A stretch of 64,000 bases of DNA from Klebsormidium nitens (lineage: Eukaryota; Plantae; Klebsormidiophyceae), in the NCBI GenBank assembly GCA_000708835.1, contig DF237097.1:93964-157963 (forward strand), given 5' to 3'. The notes below the pieces were generated by a model, which was not told the DNA's origin, made no database searches, and saw nothing but the letters and a program-made list of their open reading frames with translations. Positions 49,968-63,300 of this stretch are shown one piece after another. Within the stretch, counting starts at the first letter, position 1; every line of letters begins with the position of its first letter. The position numbers and the translations under genes are program-made.

Positions 49968-51031
49968 GGCAGCGAAACCAGAGGGCACGTGGCATCACCT
50001 GCGGAGTAAAGCTAGGAGAGCGAGGAGCAGGGTTCGGGCTGAGCCAGCAGGCGCGAGCACGTTTAGTACGTCCGGGAAGGTTACATGCGTTAGTACGTCC
50101 GGAGAGGTTACGTGTAGATGACGTAAATCTACTTACTGAGTCAGGTCGAGGTCGGCCCAGCTACTTATATTGCTTCGTAAAGATGAGGAATGATTATGCT
50201 ACTTATTTTCATGATGAGACGTGTGTTCGTTAGTGAGCGCTTGGGTAGAGCTAGCTGGATGTAGTCAAAAAGGCGCTTCTATTTATGAAGTTTGTTCGTA
50301 AGGAGTGGGGTAAATGAGGTCGCCCACTGATCGAGCTTGGGATAGTCAGAACTTAGGATTTTAGGGCATTACAGAATATCAGGCCTTAAGTTGCTTGCAG
50401 AGGATTCTAAATGTAAGTGCGTTCTAGCTTTCTTTTCTTAGATGTTGTTTCCAGCTAAGGTCTAGGGTGAACTTACTGATGGAGCAACAGTTCAAGACTT
50501 GAACAAACCATCGAACGTTGACAGTTCTTCGACTGGGGAATGATATGCGAATTTAGACAAGAATTGGCGCTTAAAGCTTGGAAACTTGTGCGCACAGTCT
50601 TGAGACTGATAGCTTGGAACTCGACGTGGCAGTGTTCATCTTGGATCACCATCTACTATTGGACGCTGCATTCTTGCGCAATGTCGGTCGCATTCAAGTA
50701 CAGTGACCAGAAATATTGTGCACAGAAGAGAAGGGGGAGCTAATTAGTCGCCCACCGCTCTCAGAAGTCGAAGGCATCCGTTTTCGGTGCCCAACCAACC
50801 GCAAACGGACCACGTACCGTACCGTACCTTTCCTTCCACGTGACCTGCTTGGGGCTCCGCCCAAAACACAACTTGATACGGCCGGTCCTGCAGGGTTGCG
50901 GTATATTCACGAATCACAACAGTATCCTGACAAGGTCGTATTTGTATTATTCAAGCATGCAATGGTCTTGACGTGCTTGATGTAACTCAGGCTCTGCCAA
51001 TCACAGTCACTGGTGCAAGTAGGACAAAGTA

Positions 51032-51780
51032 CACTATTATATTAGTGTCTCCGGAAATTCTTCTGTGTTAACACCCTCCCGTGCCGCGACCNNNNNNNNN
51101 NNNNNNNNNNNNNNNNNNNNNNNNNNNNNNNNNNNNNNNNNNNNNNNNNNNNNNNNNNNNNNNNNNNNNNNNNNNNNNNNNNNNNNNNNNNNNNNNNNNN
51201 NNNNNNNNNNNNNNNNNNNNNNNNNNNNNNNNNNNNNNNNNNNNNNNNNNNNNNNNNNNNNNNNNNNNNNNNNNNNNNNNNNNNNNNNNNNNNNNNNNNN
51301 NNNNNNNNNNNNNNNNNNNNNNNNNNNNNNNNNNNNNNNNNNNNNNNNNNNNNNNNNNNNNNNNNNNNNNNNNNNNNNNNNNNNNNNNNNNNNNNNNNNN
51401 NNNNNNNNNNNNNNNNNNNNNNNNNNNNNNNNNNNNNNNNNNNNNNNNNNNNNNNNNNNNNNNNNNNNNNNNNNNNNNNNNNNNNNNNNNNNNNNNNNNN
51501 NNNNNNNNNNNNNNNNNNNNNNNNNNNNNNNNNNNNNNNNNNNNNNNNNNNNNNNNNNNNNNNNNNNNNNNNNNNNNNNNNNNNNNNNAGAGTTCCCCGG
51601 GAAGTAGCTCGGTACCATGCCGGTACCCGGTCAAAGAGGACCGGATTCCCGCATCCAAGCAAACAGATCACTATGACACATGTCAGAGCATGTCAGACCA
51701 TTAACCAATGCCTGCACAGATTGACGCCCTGTGCGAGTATTTACTCTGACAGATCGCCCGGAGACACTAATATAATAGTG
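51032..51780. mobile_element. Putative non-autonomous TIR DNA transposon/MITE spanning the gap
   Basis: Perfect 23-bp terminal inverted repeats CACTATTATATTAGTGTCTCCGG (51032-51054) and CCGGAGACACTAATATAATAGTG (51758-51780), each flanked by TA. Confidence 0.7.
51092..51588. other. Assembly gap (~500 N)
   Basis: Run of N bases. Confidence 0.99.
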
Positions 51781-52686
51781 TAGATTGTCCCTTTTGCGTC
51801 ACTGGTCAGGGTTCGGGGCTCCGGAGTCAACAAAACTCAACTTGGAGTACGGGATTCTGGAGGTCTGTGGGTGACGTCATCAGATTCGGGGCAAATTATT
51901 AGCTCAGAATTTTCGAGTTCGCCCGGTTTCCGGAAACGCCCGAAGTCGACCCGGGCACCAGTACCGACGAAGTCGCAGTCCGGAGGTTGGTTCCGAACAG
52001 CGACCGGGGCTTCGGGGCCGCGCACAAGCTGTTCGGCCCGCCGCCCACGTCACTCGGTCAGTAGCAGTAGGTACTAGACTACCGGTAACCGTAGTAGTTA
52101 CTAGTCACGTAGCCGCGAGTGGCAGACTGCGGACGGAATCTAGGCTGCGCACGCGCAGTGTGCAATCTTAGATGTGACCGTCCTATGACTCTGCAGAGTT
52201 GACCTATATTACCTTCCTCCGCGGAGCATCTATGGAGTCTGCTTGCCTTGCATTGTAATTTGTGCGGCTCTGGAGTCTGGATACGACGGAACCTACTCTA
52301 GTACCACCTCGTAGATTAGTTCCATGATCTTCCATCATTTAAGGATTCATCATTCAAGGTGACCTCAGATCTGACGCAAAGGCCAGTAATGACTGTAATC
52401 CCGAAAATGAGTCTTGACTCTCAGCAGCTAGTCACGGCCGGGGCGATGCAAGGCTCATGTAGGTGTCCAGACTCCAGAACCCTTCCATTAATTCAAAATT
52501 GGATACCTACTAGTACGAAACTTGAACCTGTGAGAGCTCTAGGACCTAGGAGTTTGAAGCGGCGCTTAACAGTTCATTTGGGATCTTGACCTTTCGTGCA
52601 GATTTCTTTCCAGGCACTGCGCGCAGCAGCTTCTCCAAGCTGCCCTTCGCTTCTAGGATTCGAGTAATTATAATCTGGCAACAAGA

Positions 52687-55427
52687 ATGGCGGTGGCCAG
52701 GGTCTTCAACTCGGTGATCCGGCCGGGTGCCATGGTGGTGCTCCTCACAACCTTTGCGGTACTTGCTGAAGGTGAGGTATCACAGAAATGCATCTGAAAC
52801 TGTGACCGATTCACTTATTTTCAAAGGTATCAGAAAGAGGTCACTTTCTTATTCGCCCTGAGTTCCAGGTAGTCAAAACTTTAATCAGAATTTTTGTGAA
52901 AGCGCCCGTCCAGGTTCAATTCTTGAGCGCGCGGTTACTGGATGACTTTCCACTCGCGCCGACTTGTCATGGGAAGTTGCCAGCGGGCCCCCTTGAACTG
53001 AACAATTCTTTGTACGTCCTACCAGATGGCCTGAGAACGGTCCAGGCGGTATGTATATACGCGAAGGCAGTGCGTTACTCAGATGGCAATGCTTCCTTTC
53101 TTCGAGCTGGGATATGCCGTTCCTATGGAATCCCAATCTTTTGCCAGTTTTCTCCTGCACTCAAACAGGTCCCTTCCCGAGCAGACTAGTGAGCTTCATC
53201 AGCTTCAGAATGTCAAGACACTGTCACGTATCTGGCCGAAAACTGGTTCATGGCTGAGAAGCACTAGAAACCTTTGACCCATTATTGAGGACCGGACACC
53301 TTCAATCCTTGGTTGAGAACCAGACACCTTTGAACCCGGCCCTGCTGTCGATTTGGCAGTCAGCCTGAAAATGCATCAGTTTTGGACGTCATGCTCAACC
53401 TTCAAGGTGTTCTTAGGTACGTATTCAGAGTCATTTTTACTCAGAAGCCTTGACACCATGCTTTTTGGTTCTCTGGGCGCAGGTCAGACCTGCCCTGGTA
53501 CTACCCCAAACCCGTGTTACAATGCCAATGGCACCACTTTTGTTTGCTGCTCGGCTGGTTGTGGGCCCAGCGCAGCAGTGGCAACCTGCGCGTCCGCTGA
53601 GCCAGTGAGTCTAAGAGGGGCCAGACTCCGCTCAAATATCCCAGAATGTAATAGACAAGGAACTAGCTCATGCCACGAAATCGTTTGCAACAGCCTTCTC
53701 CAGACCCTCTTTGGAACCATTCCCAACCAATCATAAGGTGCAGCGTTGCTTGGCCTCATCCGCAAGGTTTGAAAGATCTTCAGTTCTGCTGCAAAAACTG
53801 TGGCCATGATAAGCTTGGCCAATGATGCCCAGATATTGAAGGGGATGACCTCTAGAATGGCGGCGAACTAGTCCAAAGCTTACTTTCCATGCCCCAACTT
53901 CTATGGTACTTCCTCAGTATTTTCATTGTTGTAGTCAAGCTCGTCCTATTCTACTTGTCTGGTACTACCCATGATTGACTCATGCACCGAGGCAGCTGTG
54001 CATTTGGAAATGGTATCTTCAGTCAATGTGTCACAGTTATCTAACGTGTGGCACCCTAGGCTGAATTGCATTTGCCTACAATCACACTGGCTTGTCAACG
54101 TCGGATGCTAAAGGCCCGTGCGCCCCAACCCCTTTTACTTCGTTTTTACCAACAGGTGCCAGACTTGTCAGTCTACGTCCTCCTTGATCTCTCAAAACCT
54201 TACGCAAACTGTGAGAATCAGCAGGCTGCGCCGGGGGCAGGTGTTGATTTTGGGGACGTTTGCCTCCTGAAGTGAGTGAAAACCATGTAGCTTAGTCTTC
54301 TCGGCCCTTCTCTATTCTTCTCTAATTGTAAGAGTCTTCCTATTGTTTGGTTGCTCTCTGGTCAAATCAATCTTGTATCCGCTGTCAGGGAGTAGTTTGA
54401 CAATGCCTGAGCTCATGCTCAAGCTCAGTTACATACAATCTCCTCAGGCTGTCCAACTCATTCTTCAACCAAACATCCTCAAGCCCTCTTCCTCATGACC
54501 TTTCTCCTTTGTCAAAGCAAAACCCCTTTCGTGGTAAAAGTCGGTCTCTCAATGCATGAGGTCCCACTAGCCGAGGCTTCTGAAAGTAATAAAGTTACAT
54601 GACGCCTCATAACGAGCAAGAAATGAAAGCCTTATTAATCATCTGCTCAATTGACGCCGGCGGTGCAGTGTGCCCCTGATGGACGCAGAGAAGAAGGAAG
54701 TGGTTGGGAGCGCCGTCATTCAGCTCACCGTTTGGCAACCCTACGATCCAGTCACCGGCAACTATTATGAGATTGGCCCCGCCACCTACTTTTTTGGGCC
54801 TTCAGACGACGGCAACACAGATTCCATCCATATCTACGGAATTCTTTTGAACTCGGTGAGGACTTTGTGCTTGAAATATTGCATGTCCTTTGCTCTACCG
54901 GTGGTTGAGCGGGTCTCTTGATGCGAAAGGTAGCTACTAGGTCAGACTGTTGAGTGACTCTGGTTACTACCTGCCGATCCAAGAGCTGGGGGTTTCGCAT
55001 AGGTGAAAAGCTTAGAGGGCGGTAGGTGTTGAAGCTCGTAGGCCTCCAAGACATTGAGGAACAGTGCAGTGGTTACTTAGTCACAATCTTTCAGCATTAT
55101 AGCCCTTGTTTTTGACACGTGTCGATGAAACGGCCTTGAAGGGAAGTACTCAAAGAAATACTAATTGCAATAAGTCATCTAGTGTGCCAAGAAGAAGACT
55201 CTCATACCTTCCTTACTACCTCTTGGAATGCACGATCTTACGTCTTAGCAAAGCCATCAAGCTGTTTCAAACCAATGTTGACCCTTTCGTTGCAGTACTC
55301 GGAGTTGACAATTCTGGGTGGCACCGGGAAGTATCGTGGAGCCAGAGGGTATGCCATATCTGATGCTGGCGACTGTAATGCGGACGGGAGTATTTGCTAC
55401 TACCCCAAGAATATATACCTTACGTAA
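52687..55427 (+). CDS. Secreted dirigent-like protein (~213 aa) with an N-terminal 6-Cys module; 5 exons
   Basis: Exons 52687-52771, 53483-53604, 54156-54271, 54669-54855 and 55296-55427 are all phase-consistent. Signal peptide-like MAVARV..AMVVLLTTFAVLAEG. C-terminal dirigent-type motif LTILGGTGKYRGARG. Confidence 0.8.
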
Positions 55428-57339
55428 AAGGAGGGCCGCATGGTCAATCACGGCTTTGAGTTCGATTGTGCATCGCTTCTCCTTGGTCACATGAAGCCTT
55501 TGTGTTTTTGTGTTTTGAGAAAGCGAAGTGGCCAGATCTGCTAGCTTGAGTCTTTCAACGGGTAATTCTCAAGTGGTTCGGACATTTTCCTCAGATTCAG
55601 TCTAGGCAACACCAGAGGGGTGCAAGTCCGTCAAGAGATACAATTCTCGTACTGAATCTCAACGGTGGGGTTCTCGTACTCTACAATCTCACAAGAAAGT
55701 TTATTGTTTGCAATCGACTTGAACGTCAGTACCATCGTTGCTTTCAGTGCCGATGGAGCTTCGACTCCGCAAGTCGTTTTAAATGCAATTGCACCAAGTG
55801 TCTAAATAGATTTTTCACCATAGAGGCTCGATATCATGAGAGAACTTTAGATACCAAATCTCTCACTCTCTCTCCCATCAGTAAGTACCTACATATGCTT
55901 ATGATACTCCAAAACTTGCAATTCAATATGGAATGTAGAAACATGCACCAAATAGGTCTAGATGGCTAGCTAGATCTGCGGCTCTGCGAGACTCTGATGC
56001 CCGCGGGATCCGCTGAAAGTCTCTTTTTATAGGGTTGTTACGCTCTACTCAACCAATTCAATTAAACCAATGCTTTGCTCTTCTACAAATCACTGCCCGC
56101 ACCGTCCAGTCGGACAGTCCGCCTTCAGGCGCGCTGCCATGCGTCAGCACCTGCCGTAGCTTACATTAGCCTAGCAAGGCCCATGAGACTCGCCGAGAAG
56201 AAGTGAAACCAATCATTCTGGACTGGGACATCGTCACTAGGACACTGTCACTGTCACTAGGACAATGCAAGGCTAAAGACGATCATAGACCCGTTGGCTA
56301 GATTGCTACCTGAAGCATGAATCATGAACCATGTAACGCCCATCGTCTCCAAGTACAACAATCATGCATGCCACGATCAGGTAGCCTAGTGCTCAAAATC
56401 TGGCCTGGCCGTACATGCAGGCACATCAACACGCACGGCCGTATGGACAACCAGTTTGCTTAGATCATATGGAATTCGATGCAGAATTTTTTGACTCAGC
56501 TACCTACTTTTGGTATGTGGATGCATGCAATTGGATAGCTAGTTGCATGAGGAATACGTGCCCAATGATGCAATGCTAGCAACGAGCATTGGTCGTACGT
56601 ATTAACGGCCTTAAATTGATCCGACCGTGCCTTGGTGATTATGCCTTCTCATGCTGTCGTACTTGGGATGACTCAGTATATACCAGGTGCCAGCCGACCG
56701 CAATATTGGATCCTTCTCGATTGTGTCCGATGCACCAACTGGCAAATGGAGGCGCTATGCATTCGAGTATCCTAAAATGATCCAACGAGATACAACGCAT
56801 GCGCAATCGTCACTCAGTAGCGGGCCGCCTGCACCGGGCGGCACATATCAAACACACACTATGGACTCGCAACCGCGGCCAAGTCCATGTATATACTTCT
56901 TATGTATACATGCCAATGATTGATGCCATATATCCACATTGCTTTTTAAAGCAACAGTGCACATGATGTACCTATATACATATCGAGCATGCGAAGCATT
57001 TATAAGCTTGTCTCATGATTACAGTCAACAATCTCATCTTTAGGTTCGGCGCAGTGCCTCATGCACGTAAGCCTTGCGTGGAAGTTGCTCTGCATTCGAC
57101 ACCAATCACTTTTAACAGTCAATATCCTGCCGGACGAGATGATTGAAAGCTGGGCTGGCGGCCCAGGAGCTCGTGCATATGACCATTGTTTCTTTGACTC
57201 GTAACAACCAAGCAGGTAGCTCAGCTTCCCAAGAGCTGTGCCAAACTGACGTCGTCAGAAAAGGCAATGGCCACCATTTGGCGGCCTCAAAATGCGAGCA
57301 AGCTTACACAAATTTGCACAGACAGACACCTTTGGACGA

Positions 57340-60300
57340 TCAATGTGTTGGTCTGCGCTCTGATCTCATCTTCTTTGGAGGCCGAAAACCAAGCAGACTC
57401 TCGCTCGGTGGCAGAACCACATCGGCCCTAGCATTGCCGCTCTCCTCACGAGGCGTCACCCCTCCGCCATCCTCTTTGCTCCGCCTCTTCTTCTTCACGA
57501 CCAGGAAATCACCTGGGTGTACCAGCCCGCCATCCTCCCCCCCAAACCGCGGCAACCTCTCCGGAACCCTGGCGGCCCCCCCACCTTGAAACCGTGCGCT
57601 GTCCACCACCTTCGGAGGCCCCACTGTACTTTCCACAAGCTTCGGCTGCTCGGCCGCCGTGTGCAAAACCTGGACCTTTGGCGCCGGCCCCCCCCCAGTC
57701 CGTACACGAATTCGCACCTTCCCGATCCCCCCTGGAATGGGCTGACCCGCTTGAGTGAAGTTCCCAGCATATGACGTGCGCAGCCCCTTCGTTTGGCCAG
57801 CGTCCGTTGCCAGCGGTTTCGAACTAGGTGCGGGGACTTTCCGCTCGCCGGGACTAGGCGCCGGCATCTTCCGTTCCGGGACCTTCCACTCGTCGGGACC
57901 TGGGGCCGGAACTCTCCGTTCGTCGGAACTAGGCGCAGGGGTTTTCTTTTCGGGGCCGGGCCCCACTCCTGGCCGCTCGCTAGCGCCCAGAAGTGCCTCC
58001 CCGACCCTCGCCACGTCCAGATTCGCGTCCGGAAACGTCACCTCCATCCGCTGGAAGAACAGCTTCTGCAGCTTTCGTGCGTCCGAAAACACCTGGCTGC
58101 CCTTCTTGTAATACAGCTGCGCGTTGCTCAGCATCAGGTCCACGTCGCGCGCGAACTCCGCCACGCCTAGATACCCGTCCCCGGCCAGGCGCGACTCGAT
58201 CGTCGCGAGATCGATTGGCGTCCGAACCACCCGGTAATAGTCCGGAGCGTCCTTCTCTAACGGCAGCTCCAACAACGCCGCCGCGACCAACCGGCCCTCC
58301 TTGTCCTTCGCCATGCGCAGCTTTTCCAAGACCACCCGGCACTTCTTCCGTACGTCGTCCGGCATCACTCTCGCCGTAACGTCCCTATCTGGCGCCGACT
58401 TCCCGTTACTTTTTGGCGGCTGTGCCTCTGCCGGGGGCTTCGCTTCCAGGGGTTCCATTGCAGTAGCCGGTTTTTGCTCCGCTTTCGGCTTTAAGCCGAG
58501 AATGTCGGAGTAGTCCGAGACCCGGCTCCGCTTTACGCTCTTCTCCGAGCGCAAACCGTTCGCTTTCGGGGGGCCCACCTTTGCAAGCAACTTGCCCGGA
58601 AGCTTCAGCGTGATCTTCTTCGGCGCCCCCCCCTCGTCCCCGTGCTTCGAATGCCCTCCCTCCTCTCGCCTCCGCTTCTTCTTCTTCCGTTTCAGCTCGT
58701 CCCCATCCGACGGCCGAGAATGCTCTCCGCCAACATAACCCCCCTCCTCCTCTGCAGGAATCTCCCCTTCCTCTATCTCCCCCTCTTCCAGTTCCGCATT
58801 CTCCGCAGCAAACCCGTCCCTACTGTCCCCCCCAGTTAACACGCCCATGAAGCCCTTCCCTCCAAAGGCCTTTCCGGGGGGGTCAACGTCCCCGCCCCAA
58901 GGTCCCGCATCCGAGACGTCGACGGCGCCATTCCGATCCCGCCTCCGAAGCTCCCCTTCTTCCGCCGAGTCCTCCCCTTTGATCTCCCCTTCCTCCGGTT
59001 CTGAGACCGGCTCTCGTTCCTGAAACCGCTCCAAACCCAACCTCGATTTCCCGGCCTTAAACAGCCCCTTCCCACCGATGACCGGTTCGCTCCCAACCGG
59101 GCTCTCGACACCAGCCAAATCTTCCCGTCGCATGCCCGGTACGCTCACAACCGGGCTCTTCTTCCCGAGCGAACTCCGACTCCGATTCGCCGGAGACCGT
59201 TTCCCCAACCGCGGCGGCTTGCCGGGCCCCGTTTTCGCGACCGCTGCAAAGCTCCGGGCTTCCTTTAGCACCTCGTCGAAGTCCTCCGAGTCTGGCAAGG
59301 CTTTTTTGATCGGTGGCGGGATCGAGATCGATGGCTCTGGTTCGTCCTCTTCGGTAGGCGGGCGCTTGAGCGAGGGTTCCTCTTCGTCCTCTGGGACGGC
59401 CTTCTTCCACGTGTCCTCTTCCTCTCCGTACAGCGCTTCTTCGTCTTCGTCGTCTCGGGGGAGCGCTTGCGAGGAGGGCTCCTCCTCAGTCAAGGCGGCC
59501 AGCCTGCAGAGGATAAGTAGGCGGCTGGTTGAATTGCTGAATACCTACCCACGAGTAACCACGAACAGCACAGTAAAATTCTCTGTGACGCTTGGCGGAA
59601 GTAGAAAAATCACTGGAAGCCTTTCAAAAGCTGGAACCGAAGCAGTTTCAAACCCTCACAATGGTGAATGGCGCAGACTACCAGATGCCCGAATAAACGC
59701 TTTTGAAGAGAGGAACACGAAGGCGACAAGCAGACCTACGATGCCAATTGCATCAAGATGGTCACTCAAATCTCAAGAGTCGGCAACCTCGCTCAACGAG
59801 CAGAACCGGCCAACAGAGAATGGAAGAAATCAATGGATTGAGCAGCGACTTCTTACTTGTTTGCCTGCCTGTGCCCCCTCCCAAGCGCGACCTCCGACCC
59901 CGCCGGCGCGATGCTCTCGCTGAGGCCGCGCTTCATCGCTTCTTTGCTGCGGGCGTTCATTGCGAGGTCGACGTCCGCTGACGTCGACTTGAGCCACGCC
60001 GGGATCTCGTCGCGGGAGAGAAGCGGCCGCGGCCACTCCTGGGGGAGGAAAAGGACAATTGTCAGGCAGGGAGAAAAGACACACGACAAGGCAGGACTGA
60101 AGGAGATCAACAAGGCCGTATAAAAGGCCACAAAAGGCCAGGCTGTCCTCTTTTCAGGACAGCGGTATCGTTGGTGGCGGATCTCTTGCTCCAAAGGAGG
60201 ACACGTGTCAGTGCGAGGTAGCCGAAATGGGAGTTATTGAAACAAATTTCACTCTTCTTCGTTCAATCCTATCTTCCAACCAAAAGATCCAAAAGATTGG

Positions 60301-63300
60301 AAAGTGTTCTCACCTCCTCCTCGTCCATCTTGTCGAACAGCACGACCTCGTCGTCCGTCCTGGCAATCATGCGGTTGATTTGTTCCATGGACGGCACGTC
60401 GTGCACCGCGCGCTGGTAGCGGTCCTCATCGTGTAGCAGCGCCTCCAGCGTGATGCGCCGCTCCTCCTGCGTCGTGCGCTGGTCGAACCGCCCCGCGTTA
60501 ATCACCTGATAAGAAACAAACCCTGGGTCAATTGAAAGTGCGCGCGTTTAGAGCAACGTTGGTCGAAGTAGAAACAGCCCGGTTCTTGATTGGATCAAGC
60601 CCTCCACTGTCTGCAACAGATGCACAACTCAAAAAAGCGAGGCTTTGTTCCTGAGAAGTTGGGCAAAACAAGCAATACTTGTTTGCCGAGAGCCAACCAA
60701 TTCTTTCATATACCGGCCATAAATAGCAACGCAGCTTGCCCCTGCGCGTATAAGCCTCTGCGAGGTGTCATTTTAGATAGACTGATGTCCTAGTTGAGTA
60801 AGAATTTCGTACCCAGACGGTTCAAAAACTTCGGAGACCCCGCTTACCTCGTCAGTCCTGTTTCCTGACCTGCTGGATCTGCTCCCAAAGCAGCGTTTCA
60901 ATCGGACCAACCCCCCCCCGACATTCTGCACCCAATCTTTCTTCTCGCAACTCTCATGTCTTGCCGCCCGCTCACAAAGCTAAATCCTCGGATTCCCCAA
61001 AAGTCCAACCGAAAATATGTAAAGCACGAGAACCGCACCCACCTCATCAGCCATGTCGATCTTGACCTGCTGGATCTGCTCCCGGACCAGCGTCTCAATC
61101 AACCCAACATACTGCGGCAATCGGTTTCCTCGCCACTTTCTGATCCGGATCCTCACAACCTCACAGTCTTCAAATCAAGCAAAACACCAAGTCTCTACCC
61201 ACCTCGTCAGCCATGTCAATCTTGACCTGCTGAATCTGCTCCCGGACCAGCGTCTCAATCGAACCGACGTACTGCGGCCGATCGTCCTCGTCGTCGCTTT
61301 CTTCCCGCTGCACCTCCCGCTGCGCACGCTCTCGCCGCTTGTCCTCGGCCTCGTAGAACGGGACGCCGTCCGCGACCGCCTCCATGTAGAAGACGCGCAC
61401 CTCCTTGGTCTGCCCGATGCGGTGTGCACGCGCCACGGCTTGTTCCTGTTCCGAAAAGAAAGCTTTCGGATCTGGTGTCCAGTCTCGGCATGCTGTCAGT
61501 CCGATTTGTGATTTGACACTAAACTTCTGTATCGGCCTCATGAAATGAAGATGCCGTGCGCAACCGCCTCCATGTAGAACACGCGCACCTCCTTGGTCTA
61601 TCCGATGCGGTGGGCTCGAGACACGGCTTGTTCCTGTTCAGAAAGTTAGCTGAAGGTTTGGGTTTTGAACCTGGTGTTCGATCTCAGCACGCTTCTCAGT
61701 TCGCGCTTCAACGAGTGTTATCTCAAACAGACAAGGACCATCCTTTAGCGTCCTGATGATTGATGCCAATTGACATCTTCCGCTACACGACGGCCTTGGT
61801 ATACACCTAGTTTTAGATTCAAAGCGCTGAAGAAACTTTGTGAGCACTTAAGCTGGTGGTCCAGGAGCAGTCTCTTGCTGTAATCAACTGCACCCAACGG
61901 GCGACCAAAGTACAAACAAATCTTAAGCTTCGTATTCGAGTCATGCTCGTCACACCGTAAGTTCTAGATTCAAGGCTCAATCGACAGTCCTGTGTTTTCC
62001 GTCTTGTCGTACCTCGTTCTTGGGGTTCGGGTCCGGGTCGTAGACCACCACCGTGTCTGCCGTCTGCAGATTGAGACCCCTCCCCGCGGCCCTGATGCTG
62101 AGTAGGAAGATGAACACCTCCGACTCGGGCCGGTTGAAGTCCACGATCGCGTCTTCTCGGTCGTCGAGCGAGGTGGTCCCGTCGATGCGGCGGTACTGGA
62201 AGTGCCGCCACTGGACAGGAGGAACAAGAGAGAGTCAAAAATGATGCTTTCACTCAATTAAAGGAATGGCATGACTGTTGTGGAGAGTTATATGGTAGGT
62301 GCAGAAGCAAAGGTGAGCATGCTTAAGGGCGGCAGCGCCAAGGGGCAGTCGTCCGTCGCTCTTCACTAACCCAGATAGCCTGCATGATCCTACGGCACAG
62401 GGCAAACAGAAGTCGCTACGACCCGGACACTGCCAGACCTAGACTGCCAACCTCTTCTCACACAGCACTTCTTCTCCACTTTGTCGAGCAGGCGCCAAGC
62501 TACACAATCTGCAAAGATGCACAACGCTTGCTCCATGCTACGATAATAAAGTGCTGAAGCCAGAATGACTTCTTACCCGGCAGTATTCCTCGACGATGTC
62601 GAGCAGGCGCGTCATGGTGCAGAAGAGCAGCACGCGGTGACCCGTGCGCTTGAGCTTGACCAGGATGCGGTCCAGCAGGTACAGCTTGCCGCACGAGCGC
62701 ACCACGTGCTCGGTCACGCCCATCGTCTTGAGCGGGTAGTTCAGGTACGGGTGGTTGCACACCTTGCGCAGCTCCATCACCTGCAAGGACACGAGTGTCA
62801 TGATGAGTTGGTGCTGCTGTGCTCCTTGCAAGCTGCTCAACCTATGCAGTGGTTATCTTTGGGACTGCACCACGTGTTGCAGCTCCGATCCTGGTCCTTC
62901 TCAAATAGTAGATACCAATCCCTTCTTGTGACTGGCGAAACAATCAAACCTGGACGAAGATGATCCTTGACAAGTGTCCTGACTTTCCCACAATGCCTGA
63001 GGAGCTTCCATTTCAAACAGTTCTTTCGGCCCATTCGCTCGTTTTGGCCCCCAAGAAACCCACCTTATTGTTGAGATTAGCGTATATCCTCGTCTGGCGC
63101 GTGGTCCCGACGACCCGCATGCTCTCGTCATCTGGATCCAAGCGGATCGTTCCTGTGGCCTTGATCCAGTCGTAGACGGCGGCCTGGAACGCCGAGTTCT
63201 TGCACTTGAGGACCATCGACACCTTGGGGGGCAGGCTGCCCTCCACGTCCTCCACGCGACGCCTGCGTGACGTCAGCAGATGGTCAACAAACATGTTGAT

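Noticed and set aside
51037-51704. ORFs of 180-209 aa spanning the N run
   Set aside because: Artefacts of translating the assembly gap.
55600-56031. Small minus-strand gene after TATAAAAA (56031-56024) with ATG at 55944
   Set aside because: The candidate splice phases do not join the protein-like downstream frame, and the products are under 40 aa with no motif.
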